Positions 28,908-39,100 of a stretch of DNA of 64,000 nt are shown piece by piece. Under the pieces are notes generated by a model that was not told the DNA's origin, ran no database searches, and worked only from the letters and a program-made list of their open reading frames with translations. The stretch is from a virus: positions 1 through 64,000 of IMG/VR virus record IMGVR_UViG_3300032116_015700. The stretch is one strand, 5' to 3'. The translations under genes were made by a program, and so were the position numbers. Every line of letters starts with the position of its first letter. Position 1 is the stretch's first letter.

Positions 28908-29405
28908 TTAAAATTCAAGAACTGCGTAATCGTAAGTAAGTGTTAAAGTGATATTAACTGGCTCATTTTCAGAGTTGTATGCTAAATCACCAAAGTTTGC
29001 CTGAGATATAAATGCTCCCTTTAACTTCCACTGCTCAATCTTATCACCAACAGGTCCTAACAAATAGAAATCAATATCTTTCTTATACATTTCTGCATAT
29101 CCATCTCTACCGGTAATAGATTCATGTGATAAACGAACCCACTCCATTACCGCTTGTGCTCCAGATGGAACAATAGGGTCATAAAGAGTGATTTCCAAAT
29201 CTTGCCATTCACCTTTACCTTTAAGCTTTCTATATACGTTGATATGGTCAAGCTTCACAGTTTGGAACTGAATTGTTGGTCTATTTGCTGCACTCACTAA
29301 AAATGAAGGGATTGATAAATCGCTAAACTCCATAATGTAGCGATTCTTCATTTTAGGTTCGAAGTTCGTATAGAACATCTTATCAAAGGATAGTATATCT
29401 GCCAT
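28908..29405 (-). CDS. Tail tube protein (T4 gp19-like)
   Basis: EPKMKNRY, WQDLEITLYD, VMEW, YKKDI, EQWKLKGAF...FGDLAY, ITLTLTYD; follows the sheath gene. Confidence 0.88.
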   Translation of the reverse strand: MADILSFDKMFYTNFEPKMKNRYIMEFSDLSIPSFLVSAANRPTIQFQTVKLDHINVYRKLKGKGEWQDLEITLYDPIVPSGAQAVMEWVRLSHESITGRDGYAEMYKKDIDFYLLGPVGDKIEQWKLKGAFISQANFGDLAYNSENEPVNITLTLTYDYAVLEF

Positions 29406-29459
29406 TTTTAATTACCTTTTATTTTATATTAATAAATATCTATTTTGTTTGTTTTCGTA

Positions 29460-31820
29460 TTATGCTGAGAAACTTGCTCCAGTTGGTAAGATGTTGAAAT
29501 CAATTACTATGAATTCCGCAGTCTTAGCAGGTTGTAAGAAAATTTGTCCAGCCATAATATTTCTATCAATTACATCCGGTGTGTTATTGGTTTCATCCAT
29601 AACTACTTTGAATGCGTACAAACCTTGTCTTTGTTGAATAGTTTCCAAGTAAGGATTTACAGTGTTTAAGAATCTTCCTCTAGTTTCAGAAGTGTTTTGT
29701 TCAAACACTAAATAACGAGATGTAGATGCGATAAACTTCTTAACTGCAATCAATAATCTTCTTACGTTGATTCTATCCAATGCAGATGCTTTATCTTGCA
29801 AAGTTTTCTGTCCGAATGCTACAATACCTTGTCCAGGGAATGTTGCAATTGGGTTTACTTTGTTTTCATAAAGTGTATCTCTTTCAGCGTGTGTTAATCT
29901 ATTCAATACACTCACAGCTCCTACGATACCACCTCTATTCAAACCAGCTGGTGCGAACCACTCAGCCGCTAATCTATCGTTACTTGCATAAACTGCTGGT
30001 AACAATGTAGAAGGTGGAACAGTTGTAAGTTTGTTTGTGTTTGTATCAATTGTTTTTACCCAAGGGTAGTAAGTTGCTACATAGTTTGAATCAACAGCAT
30101 TTGCTTGCTCAGTTGCTTGAGTTATTGTATCCGCGTAATCGTTGAAATCAGCGATATAGAATGCATCTTGTCTAGCTTCAACCATATCAATCACTTTAGT
30201 CACAATTGAAGGATGTAATTGTCTTACAATACCAGGAGTTGCTACTAAATTGATATCCCATTCGTCAGGATTTGATACGGCGTTAATTGCTTTTGTATAT
30301 GCAACTGAACCAGATGAGGTTGATGTTGCACAATTAAATCCTTGTGTATTAGATGGTCCCCATACTGGATTGTTATTGTAATCGTTTACACCAGGTTTAC
30401 CAATTCTCAATACAGGATTTGTACCATCAAAACCATCTTGGAAAGCCAAAACAAATTGTCTTTTCACCATATCAGTTGCTGCAGAACCAGTCATTTGATA
30501 ACTCAATCCTACACCACTAATATTACCATCAAATGCAAATGCGGTATTTGAACCCGTTTGTGCACCGATTGGAAGTGGTTTTAAATATTGTTTATTATCC
30601 AAAGATACTCCACTAGTTTCATAATCAAAACCAGAGAAATATACTGGAGATGATGAAGTATTGCCAATTGAATTTGTTTGGAAAGTTACTTTTTGAACTT
30701 TTAATGCCTGTGCGTTATCAGTTGCCTTAATTGGATTTGTATAAGCTCCATGTCCAAATGGTGCTGCTGAAATTGGGAATGAACCCGCATCAGCTACAAC
30801 CACTCTTACATATTGTGATTTATTGGAGTAATCACCATTTTCGGTAATTTTACCATTATTATCAATCGTCAACCATCTGTCACCAATTCTTCTTGCGATA
30901 TAGTTTGGAGAAGCAGGGTCTAAATTTACTCCATTGTAAGTTTCCAATACACTCTTTCTCTTATCAGTATCACCATATCCTCTAATTGTTACAGTAAATG
31001 TAGAATAATCGGTTGAACCATCTTCACCTGCTGCTTTTACATTAGAAATACCAATTTTAAATTTAGTATTATAAAGTGTACCTTGTCCTAAAGTTACAAA
31101 TTTAAAGAGGTCATATCTTTCACCACTAATCAATTGAGATTGTACATATGGAGTTTCTGCAGATTGTGCATCGTATGCAAAATCTTGTGTTGGAAGTGCA
31201 ACTGCACTAACAACCGTACCACCCCATAAACCTGCTGCTGCATTTGAATAAGATGCAGATGCTAAATGTTCAAAGTATGTATATCCAAAAGCTTTTTTAC
31301 TTCCTAATGGAGATTCACCAAATACGTCTGAAATATCATTTGTATCTCTTGGAAGAATAGATGCAGAAACCCAACCAAAATCAGAACCAGAAAGTAAGAA
31401 CGAACCAGAGTATGCTGCTCTTGGGTCAGATATTAATTGTACTGCTTTTTCAACATCTTGATTACCTCTTTCAGTTGTATGTAATGTTGCAATTAATTTT
31501 TCGCCAACTAATCCACCAGATGCAAAAATACCAATTGGAGCAGCTTCTTGGTAACCACCAACTCCACCTACTCTTACAATTGTTACAATGCCGGTTTCTC
31601 TTAAATAATTTTGTACTGCATATTCAGTATAATAAGTTCCATCAGGAGTTCCGAAGATTGCTTCAAACTCTGATTGTGTTCTTACGATAGTAGGAACGAA
31701 AACAGGTCCTTGTTTGAAAGGTCCTATGATTGCTGCTCCAATTTCGCCTATTCCTTGCGATAAGAAGGATAGGTCATTTTCTCTCGTAAATACGCCTGGT
31801 GATACGATTCTTTCTGCCAT
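29460..31820 (-). CDS. Contractile tail sheath protein (T4 gp18-like)
   Basis: SPGVFTRENDLS, GPFKQGP, YYPWV, WFAPAGLNRG, LYENKVNPI, GQKTL, RINVRRL, FEQNT, FLQPAKTAEFI. Confidence 0.95.
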   Translation of the reverse strand: MAERIVSPGVFTRENDLSFLSQGIGEIGAAIIGPFKQGPVFVPTIVRTQSEFEAIFGTPDGTYYTEYAVQNYLRETGIVTIVRVGGVGGYQEAAPIGIFASGGLVGEKLIATLHTTERGNQDVEKAVQLISDPRAAYSGSFLLSGSDFGWVSASILPRDTNDISDVFGESPLGSKKAFGYTYFEHLASASYSNAAAGLWGGTVVSAVALPTQDFAYDAQSAETPYVQSQLISGERYDLFKFVTLGQGTLYNTKFKIGISNVKAAGEDGSTDYSTFTVTIRGYGDTDKRKSVLETYNGVNLDPASPNYIARRIGDRWLTIDNNGKITENGDYSNKSQYVRVVVADAGSFPISAAPFGHGAYTNPIKATDNAQALKVQKVTFQTNSIGNTSSSPVYFSGFDYETSGVSLDNKQYLKPLPIGAQTGSNTAFAFDGNISGVGLSYQMTGSAATDMVKRQFVLAFQDGFDGTNPVLRIGKPGVNDYNNNPVWGPSNTQGFNCATSTSSGSVAYTKAINAVSNPDEWDINLVATPGIVRQLHPSIVTKVIDMVEARQDAFYIADFNDYADTITQATEQANAVDSNYVATYYPWVKTIDTNTNKLTTVPPSTLLPAVYASNDRLAAEWFAPAGLNRGGIVGAVSVLNRLTHAERDTLYENKVNPIATFPGQGIVAFGQKTLQDKASALDRINVRRLLIAVKKFIASTSRYLVFEQNTSETRGRFLNTVNPYLETIQQRQGLYAFKVVMDETNNTPDVIDRNIMAGQIFLQPAKTAEFIVIDFNILPTGASFSA

Positions 31821-31952
31821 TTTATTTCTCCAATTAGGTTTTTAATTGTAATTTGTATTCAATCCAAAAATACAGATATAAATATAAAGAAAATATCCAA
31901 AACACAATATAATGCTTTGGATACTATCTATATAAAAAGGTTTTTATTCAAA

Positions 31953-32342
31953 TTAGATTGGTACTGAACCAGAAATTGAACCAGAAGATGGTGACCAAGG
32001 CAAATCAAATGTATCTACATTTTTGATTACACCTTTCTTATTATTGATATCTTTTTGAATTCTATCAGAAATATGGTCCCAATAACCTGTTTGTGTTGAA
32101 CTACTTACGTGATGTTTTATCCATCCTAAAACTTGTTCTTCGGTAAGTTGTGAATATTCTGTAAAGTTATCTGGATCTACTGAATCTAATTTAAAAGGTG
32201 TTGCACCGATAAATGTTCCAGTAGTATTATCAGAATCATCAGTACCTACACATTCCCATCTAGTACCGATTATCACATCAGTAAGACCATTACCACTTGT
32301 TTTTGAAAGAGCTTTTACAGCCCAAGTATAATTTATAGCCAT
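31953..32342 (-). CDS. Small tail-fibre-associated protein
   Basis: YTWAV...FTEYSQLTEEQVLGWI...LPW pattern typical of small genes downstream of fibres. Confidence 0.55.
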   Translation of the reverse strand: MAINYTWAVKALSKTSGNGLTDVIIGTRWECVGTDDSDNTTGTFIGATPFKLDSVDPDNFTEYSQLTEEQVLGWIKHHVSSSTQTGYWDHISDRIQKDINNKKGVIKNVDTFDLPWSPSSGSISGSVPI

Positions 32343-32379
32343 TGTTTCCTATTTTTATAATAAATATTTGTTTTTAAAA

Positions 32380-32667
32380 TTAACCATTTTCTTGTCCCGT
32401 AACAACAAAGTTAAAATCACTACACATTCTTTCTGCTAAATAAAAATTACTACCACTCCATGCATTTAATACATTTTGTGGTACTTTCCATTCACCAGTT
32501 GATACTGTTGTATCTGGTATTGCAACCGATTCTCTATTTGGGTCTCTATATCTCAATTCATATCTTAAAATACAATCATCATCATTTAAATCATATCTTA
32601 AAATGTTTGTAAATACAGTATTAACTTTTTTACCAAATAAATTTTTTTCTTCAATAAAAGTTATCAT
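32380..32667 (-). CDS. Hypothetical protein (fibre module)
   Basis: Intact 95-aa ORF in operon context. Confidence 0.55.
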   Translation of the reverse strand: MITFIEEKNLFGKKVNTVFTNILRYDLNDDDCILRYELRYRDPNRESVAIPDTTVSTGEWKVPQNVLNAWSGSNFYLAERMCSDFNFVVTGQENG

Positions 32668-32682
32668 CTTCTTTTTAATTTT

Positions 32683-33108
32683 TTATACGTCCTGCAAAAC
32701 AGTTGCTGATTGAATTACATTTCTTTCTATTAAATCCGCAGCTATTTTTTGTTTTAAAAGTGGATATGCTTTTGAAAATATATCACCACCTTCCAAAACA
32801 CTAAAATCTGGAACTTTCTTTTCGTAAACTCTACCATCAATAACTTCTTGCTCAGTTCTATTCATAGGTAATGAGTGCCAATGTGGAATCGCATCTACCT
32901 TTGCAAGAAATCTTTCTTGAATAGGTGCTCCCATACGATTAGAAATGTTTGTTTCTAATAATCTTGCAGTTTCTTCGTTTTTAAATACGTTCACATACAA
33001 TTCTAATGCACCTTTGTTTCTATCTACCACATATCGGTAGATTCTAACATAAGCTTCATCAGTTATACCTTGCGATGTTCCAATGTTTGCTGCTATTTTA
33101 ATTGCCAT
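32683..33108 (-). CDS. Hypothetical protein (fibre module)
   Basis: GITDEAYVRI...AYPLLK pattern; ATATTTATA box upstream. Confidence 0.55.
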   Translation of the reverse strand: MAIKIAANIGTSQGITDEAYVRIYRYVVDRNKGALELYVNVFKNEETARLLETNISNRMGAPIQERFLAKVDAIPHWHSLPMNRTEQEVIDGRVYEKKVPDFSVLEGGDIFSKAYPLLKQKIAADLIERNVIQSATVLQDV

Positions 33109-33144
33109 AGTTATTCTCCTTTAATATATATAAATATATAGTTG

Positions 33145-36100
33145 TTATCCCAAACCTAATTTTTCTTCTAACATTTTTACTTTAGCTTTCAATTCTTCAA
33201 TTTGAGCCTGTTGTTCTTTCATAGCGTTTACCAATAATGCCGGCATTGCTCTATCTCTTATTGCTAAATATCCAGCTTCATCTGCTCTTACTAATAATGG
33301 TTCTATATCTTCAACCTCTTGCGCAATGAAACCAATATCATGTCTTAAACCGGTTGTTTCGTACTCATCAGTTCCCTCCTTCCAATCAAATTCAACACCT
33401 CTTAATTTAAGAACTTTTTCTAAAGCATTTTCGTAGAATTTAACATTATCTTTTAATCTTCTATCCGAAGGTGAACCATACGCAATAATGTTGTTTGATG
33501 CAATAATTACACCGTCATATCTTAAGTTAATATTTGCACCACCACCTCTATTACCAGAGAAGATTCTCAATCCATAAGATGCACGAAGTGATAAATATCC
33601 GTCATTTACGTCTGCCAAATCACCATCATCGGATACCCACATACCACCACCACCATAGTTATCAAAGTTTGCACGAACTACATATGGAGTACCAATAGTA
33701 TCATCATTCAAATAGTATCTCTGCCATCTAGATGACCATCCACCCCATCTTACAACGTTATCGCCATCCAAACCTAAATTCAATGCGTAGTAACCACCTT
33801 TGTGGAAACTCATAAATGCACCATTATTGCCGGTTGAGTACGGCTGACACATTGCCGAATCGGTTTGTGTTGCGTAGTATCCTCTATTATAAGTAAAGTA
33901 AACTCTTGAATAGTGGTTATAATCATAAGTTGGAATACAATATTCACCTCTATTATTTGAGTCAACCTGTGCTTTCCATCCACTATTGTTTGGCCAAGAG
34001 TTTCTGAACCACAATCTATCCACAGGTCCACCAACTAACTGCCATCCATATCCCGAATTATAACTCCAAGTATAGTGGTATGATTGAACACCCACCCAGT
34101 GAGATGTACCAGGAGGTTGGTTAGCAGGGTTTGACCAAGTATCAATATCACCACTACCCCAATCCATTACCCAGTTGAAGTCAGTTGTACCCCAACCCAT
34201 ATTACCTGTCCAATAATAAACATCACCAGTGTAATCTTGTGGTCTTCTCCAGTTTGACCTACCGGTTAATGATATATTACCTTTACCTCTATTTTCTAAT
34301 CCTAACCATTGAGAACGAGAGTTAGGGTCCATATAGTATCCGGTATCACCTCTATCATAGAAAATATATGCTCTCATATCGTTTGCCCATGTCACACGAT
34401 ATAATTCCATATGAGCATTACCATATTCAATACGAATCTGCCAGTTACCAGATGAGTTCAACATACCAAAACCACTACCATCCCAATATCCAGCATATCC
34501 TCTTAAATCAGATTCGTAGTTATTGTACATTACAATACCACCATATCCATATCCACCACCAGCTGATTTCCAATATCCGTTATTTGAATACCAGTGCATT
34601 CCTCTGTTTTGGTTATATAAACCATGTCCAGAAGTATTGTTTCTAAACCATCCATTTACATAAACTTCTTGGAATGTAGGTCCTGCATCAGTTCTTACGT
34701 TTTGGTTGATGTAGTTACTCATCCAACCCATATATCTATTCCAATAGTTTCCATCTCTTGCAAACTGATGGGATTCTAAACCATCAGAACCATATCTCAT
34801 AATGAAATAACCATTACCATAAATTTGGCCATACATATGTGATGAGTGCCATTGTAATTTATAGTGTTCACCAGTCCAACCACCAGGATCAGAATGTAAC
34901 ATATATCCAGGTCTAATATAGAGATTATTAGTTGTGACCTGATTCATACTAGAACCACCATCTGGATTTATATAATATCCACTATTATTTGAATCATAGA
35001 AAATAGTTGCGTAGAAATCACCACCACTTCCTAAATACATATTACCAACCCACCAGTTATACATTGCTACTCTGTATCCATTTAGATACATTTCATATAC
35101 GTTATAATAGAAGTTTGAACGGTCAGTATAAATGTGAGCATGTGATGAGTTAGCCGGTCCAAATTCAATATATCCATAAGGAGTATTGTGTCTATAACCC
35201 CAACTACCACCAGCTAAATAGTATCCACCATTTCCATAATCCATTGAAGATAAACGAGAACGTCCTGCTGGGTCAACAAAATATCCAGAGTTGTTTCTAT
35301 CATACATTATTGGAGTTTGGATATTACCTGGTACGTGGAATTCACCACCATAAAAATATCCACTACCTTCAATATTACCAGTACCGGCCGCAGATATATA
35401 ATCGTTTACATTACCATATGTTGCTGTTGAATGGAATACGATTCTACCAGTTGCAGCAACTCTTAAACGGTCATGTATAGTTGAAGTATCAGGATCATTT
35501 CCCTTAAATAAAAGTAATTCTGATTCATCACCGTTTCTCCAAATTCTTTCAATAAGAGCAGTGTGGTTATAAGAACCAGGATTATCACCTACAACACCAT
35601 AAAAATATATACCATTTGAAGATGATGAAATACCACTTAAATAGATACCGCTAAATCTAGAATCACCTGCTGGGTTGACGTAATATGTAGTATCATTTGC
35701 ATCATAGTAAATACCCGCTCTCATTTGGTCTCTTACCCAAAGATGTCCATCAGGATGGAATTGTGCTACACCTGTCCATCCAGAAGTTAAGATACTGAAT
35801 GATTTTGATGAACTCATATGAATACCAAAACCTTCTCTACCCCAATACCCTCTTGATGTTGAGTGTTTAATCAAACCTTCATCCCAACTACCAGCTCTTA
35901 ACCAATAAATGTAAGGCCATTGGTCAGAGTTTGATGTATCATATCCATATCCATTCACATAAAAGTATCCAGATGTTAATGAATATATATTTGAGTTTCC
36001 ATTAGGGTCTACATAGTATCCAGTGTTATTATAATCGTAGAAAATTGGTGAACGCATCTGATTGTATGCGTAGAAAATACCACTACTAAATTCTCCCCAG

Positions 36101-39100
36101 TTATTATATGCACCACCACCAAAATAAATTACGTTACCATCATAATAGTTAAGGTACAATTGATACCCACTACCAGCATCCAAATGTAAGTTACCATTTG
36201 TAGATGCTACCGAAGGAGTACCACTATCAACTAACCCTTGTCTACCATCAGTACCAACATAAAGATACGCTCCCCAAGTTGGATTTGGGCCAAACAAAAT
36301 ACCACCACGCATTCTTCCTGCGGATTGGGAAGTTGAATTAGGGTCTATATAATAACCACTATCATTTGCATCATAGAATATAGTTCCATAAACCGAACCA
36401 CCAAAGTATGCAATAGGACTACCACTTTCTCTACCTATGTAAGCAAATTGGTTATTACCAGAGGTATTATCCATAAATCTTACATAAGAGTTGTTGTTAT
36501 TATCATTTGAGTCAACCCTTAAAATAATATCATTAAATGAGTTTATACTTATTGAATCACTAAACGAACCATTTAAATCAGTAGATGCAATACCATGATA
36601 ATAATATAAATCATAACTAGCGTTCCAGTCAAATGAAATGTATGCCATTCTAGTTAGATACGCACTATATGTTCCGTAAGTTCCCCAAATTGAATATTCA
36701 GAACCAACTCTAAACGAACCCTGTGCTCTTATATACGAATCAACATAAACATTTCTACCACCACTAGAACGAATCCAAGTACTATCTTGCATATACCATC
36801 CGCCACCCCAACCAAATCTAAGCTCCTCATCTTTAAGGAAGGTTGATGTACCTCTACCAAATACAATTGCATCGTTATTACCTAACAATTGTACTGAACC
36901 ATTTATGAATAATCTATTATTAGTTATACTACCAACAGTTGCTGAGTTGTCTGATGCGGTGTATGAAAAATCCGATGTTGATATACCAACTCTTTCAGAT
37001 GAATCAGAATATAGGACTAAGTTTCCACCATATCCAGTTCTGTTAAATTCAAATCCGTTTAAGTTCCATATTTGTCTTCCACCACTCGCATATGTTCTCG
37101 TCTGCCAACTTCCTAATGAACCATTACTATGTCCAAAGTAAATAAAATTAGCACCGGTGATACCCATATCACCATTTACATTTATACCAGAAACATCCCA
37201 TGCTGCTCCTGAAGAACCAACAGCTAATTGTTGTAGTCTTGATTGTCCATCACCATCTATACGATATGCTGAGTTTGCTAAATCATAGAAAATATATGTT
37301 TGAAGATAGTTGTTGTATATACCCCAACCATCAACTCTTACGTTCAAATCACCACTGTCCGAACTCATGCGGAATTCTCCAGCAGCTCCATACATTCCTA
37401 TTCCAGTATATCCCCAATCATTATATCCAAATCTTAATCTACCACCATATGAACTACCATTCCAATAAGGAATTGTTACTGATTGTTTAAATTCTTCATG
37501 AGTTGCCTCTCTAATTCTTGGTGCATAAAAATATGTTTTACTTCCGTTCACACCACCATAACAAGTACCAAATCTCATTTGTACTCTACGAGTTGATGAG
37601 TGCATTACACCATCTGCATTTGAGTTTGTATTATCAATTACATTTGATGATGTTGATGCGTATCTATCTACCCCTTCCGTATTTCCTTGAGGTGATGGAG
37701 TTCTCCAGCTTCTAAATTTATGAACTAATTTAACCCATGTACCACCAGTATTTAATGGTGATGTATGGAAATACGGATTTGAACTTATACCCGTACCATC
37801 AGTCCTTTGCTCATTCCATCCAACATAAAGGTTATCATTACCTGTACTTCTTACCCATACGATGAATTCATAATCTTTTTCAGCATTAACTTCTACCCAT
37901 TCGGTAGTGTACCATTGATAACAACCTGAAGGGTTACCATTACCGGTAGAAACGTGCGCTTGAACAACTGTGCCATCAATGAATGTAATTGCTTCATATA
38001 TACCACTACCATTTACACCAACATCCGTACTTCTTACGTTTAGTGTTGCACCACCTAAATTTTGTGGATATACAGTATTAAGTCTTGAAGAGCCTGCTGG
38101 GTCTAAATAATAGTATGTATCATTATAATCATAATAAATTGGTGAACGCATATCGGTTACACCATAAACTCTATTATAGAATATTTCACTACCATTTAAG
38201 TAATATGTACTTTGATTATTAAGGAACATATTACCATTTACTTCCTTTCTAATATCCCAACTTGCCCAAGCTCCATTTAAAAATCCGTAGTTAGCACCAG
38301 TACCGTAAATTTGTACTTTATAACTACCACCACTATTTTGTAATAATAATCCTACATCAGAGTTATTATTCTGACTTCTGATTGCAATATTAGAACCATT
38401 GTTTGATGTATAATAATGTCCAGCAATTGTTGCGTTAGCAAATGTTGGTGAGTCAGTTGTTCTTACATCCTGATTCATATTTGCTGCATAAGGATACGAT
38501 GTTGTATCCATTATACGTTTCCACGCACCCCAAGATGTACTTGAACCATATCTCAACCACATATTACCATTATCCGTAAATCCTAATTCATTTGCTCCGC
38601 CGCCACTCCAATCAGTAGTTGAACCATATTTTCTAAAGTACATTACGCCATTGTAAGTACCACCATCATTTAATCCATTTGTAGAATTTTGTTTGAAATC
38701 AAATCTAACGCCCTGATTTGCGTTTTGTGTTTGTGGTGTACTAGCTGTTGCTCTTGTATCTTGTACATTTATAAATGTTGCAGTTGTTGCAGTTGTTGCA
38801 TTTCCAGATAAACTACCAACAAAAGTATTTGCTGTTACTTGATTAAAAGTTACATTATCAGTAGTACGCAGATTTTGGTTCATTAAGTAAACCTCTGTAG
38901 CTCCTTGACCGGTATCAATAGTACCTGTAAGAACCACATTACCATTTACATATAAAGTATTATCCGCTGTCCATCTATCATTTGATTCATCCCAATAAAA
39001 CGAAACAGTTGCTGAAGAACCTCTCCTTACTTCAATACCAGCATTTTCAGTTGGTGCACCTGAAGTAAAGTTTGAGTTTAACGTTATAATATTATCAGCA

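Noticed and set aside
1321-38000. Numerous short plus-strand ORFs in the track
   Set aside because: All lie antisense to well-supported minus-strand genes and show no recognisable motifs.
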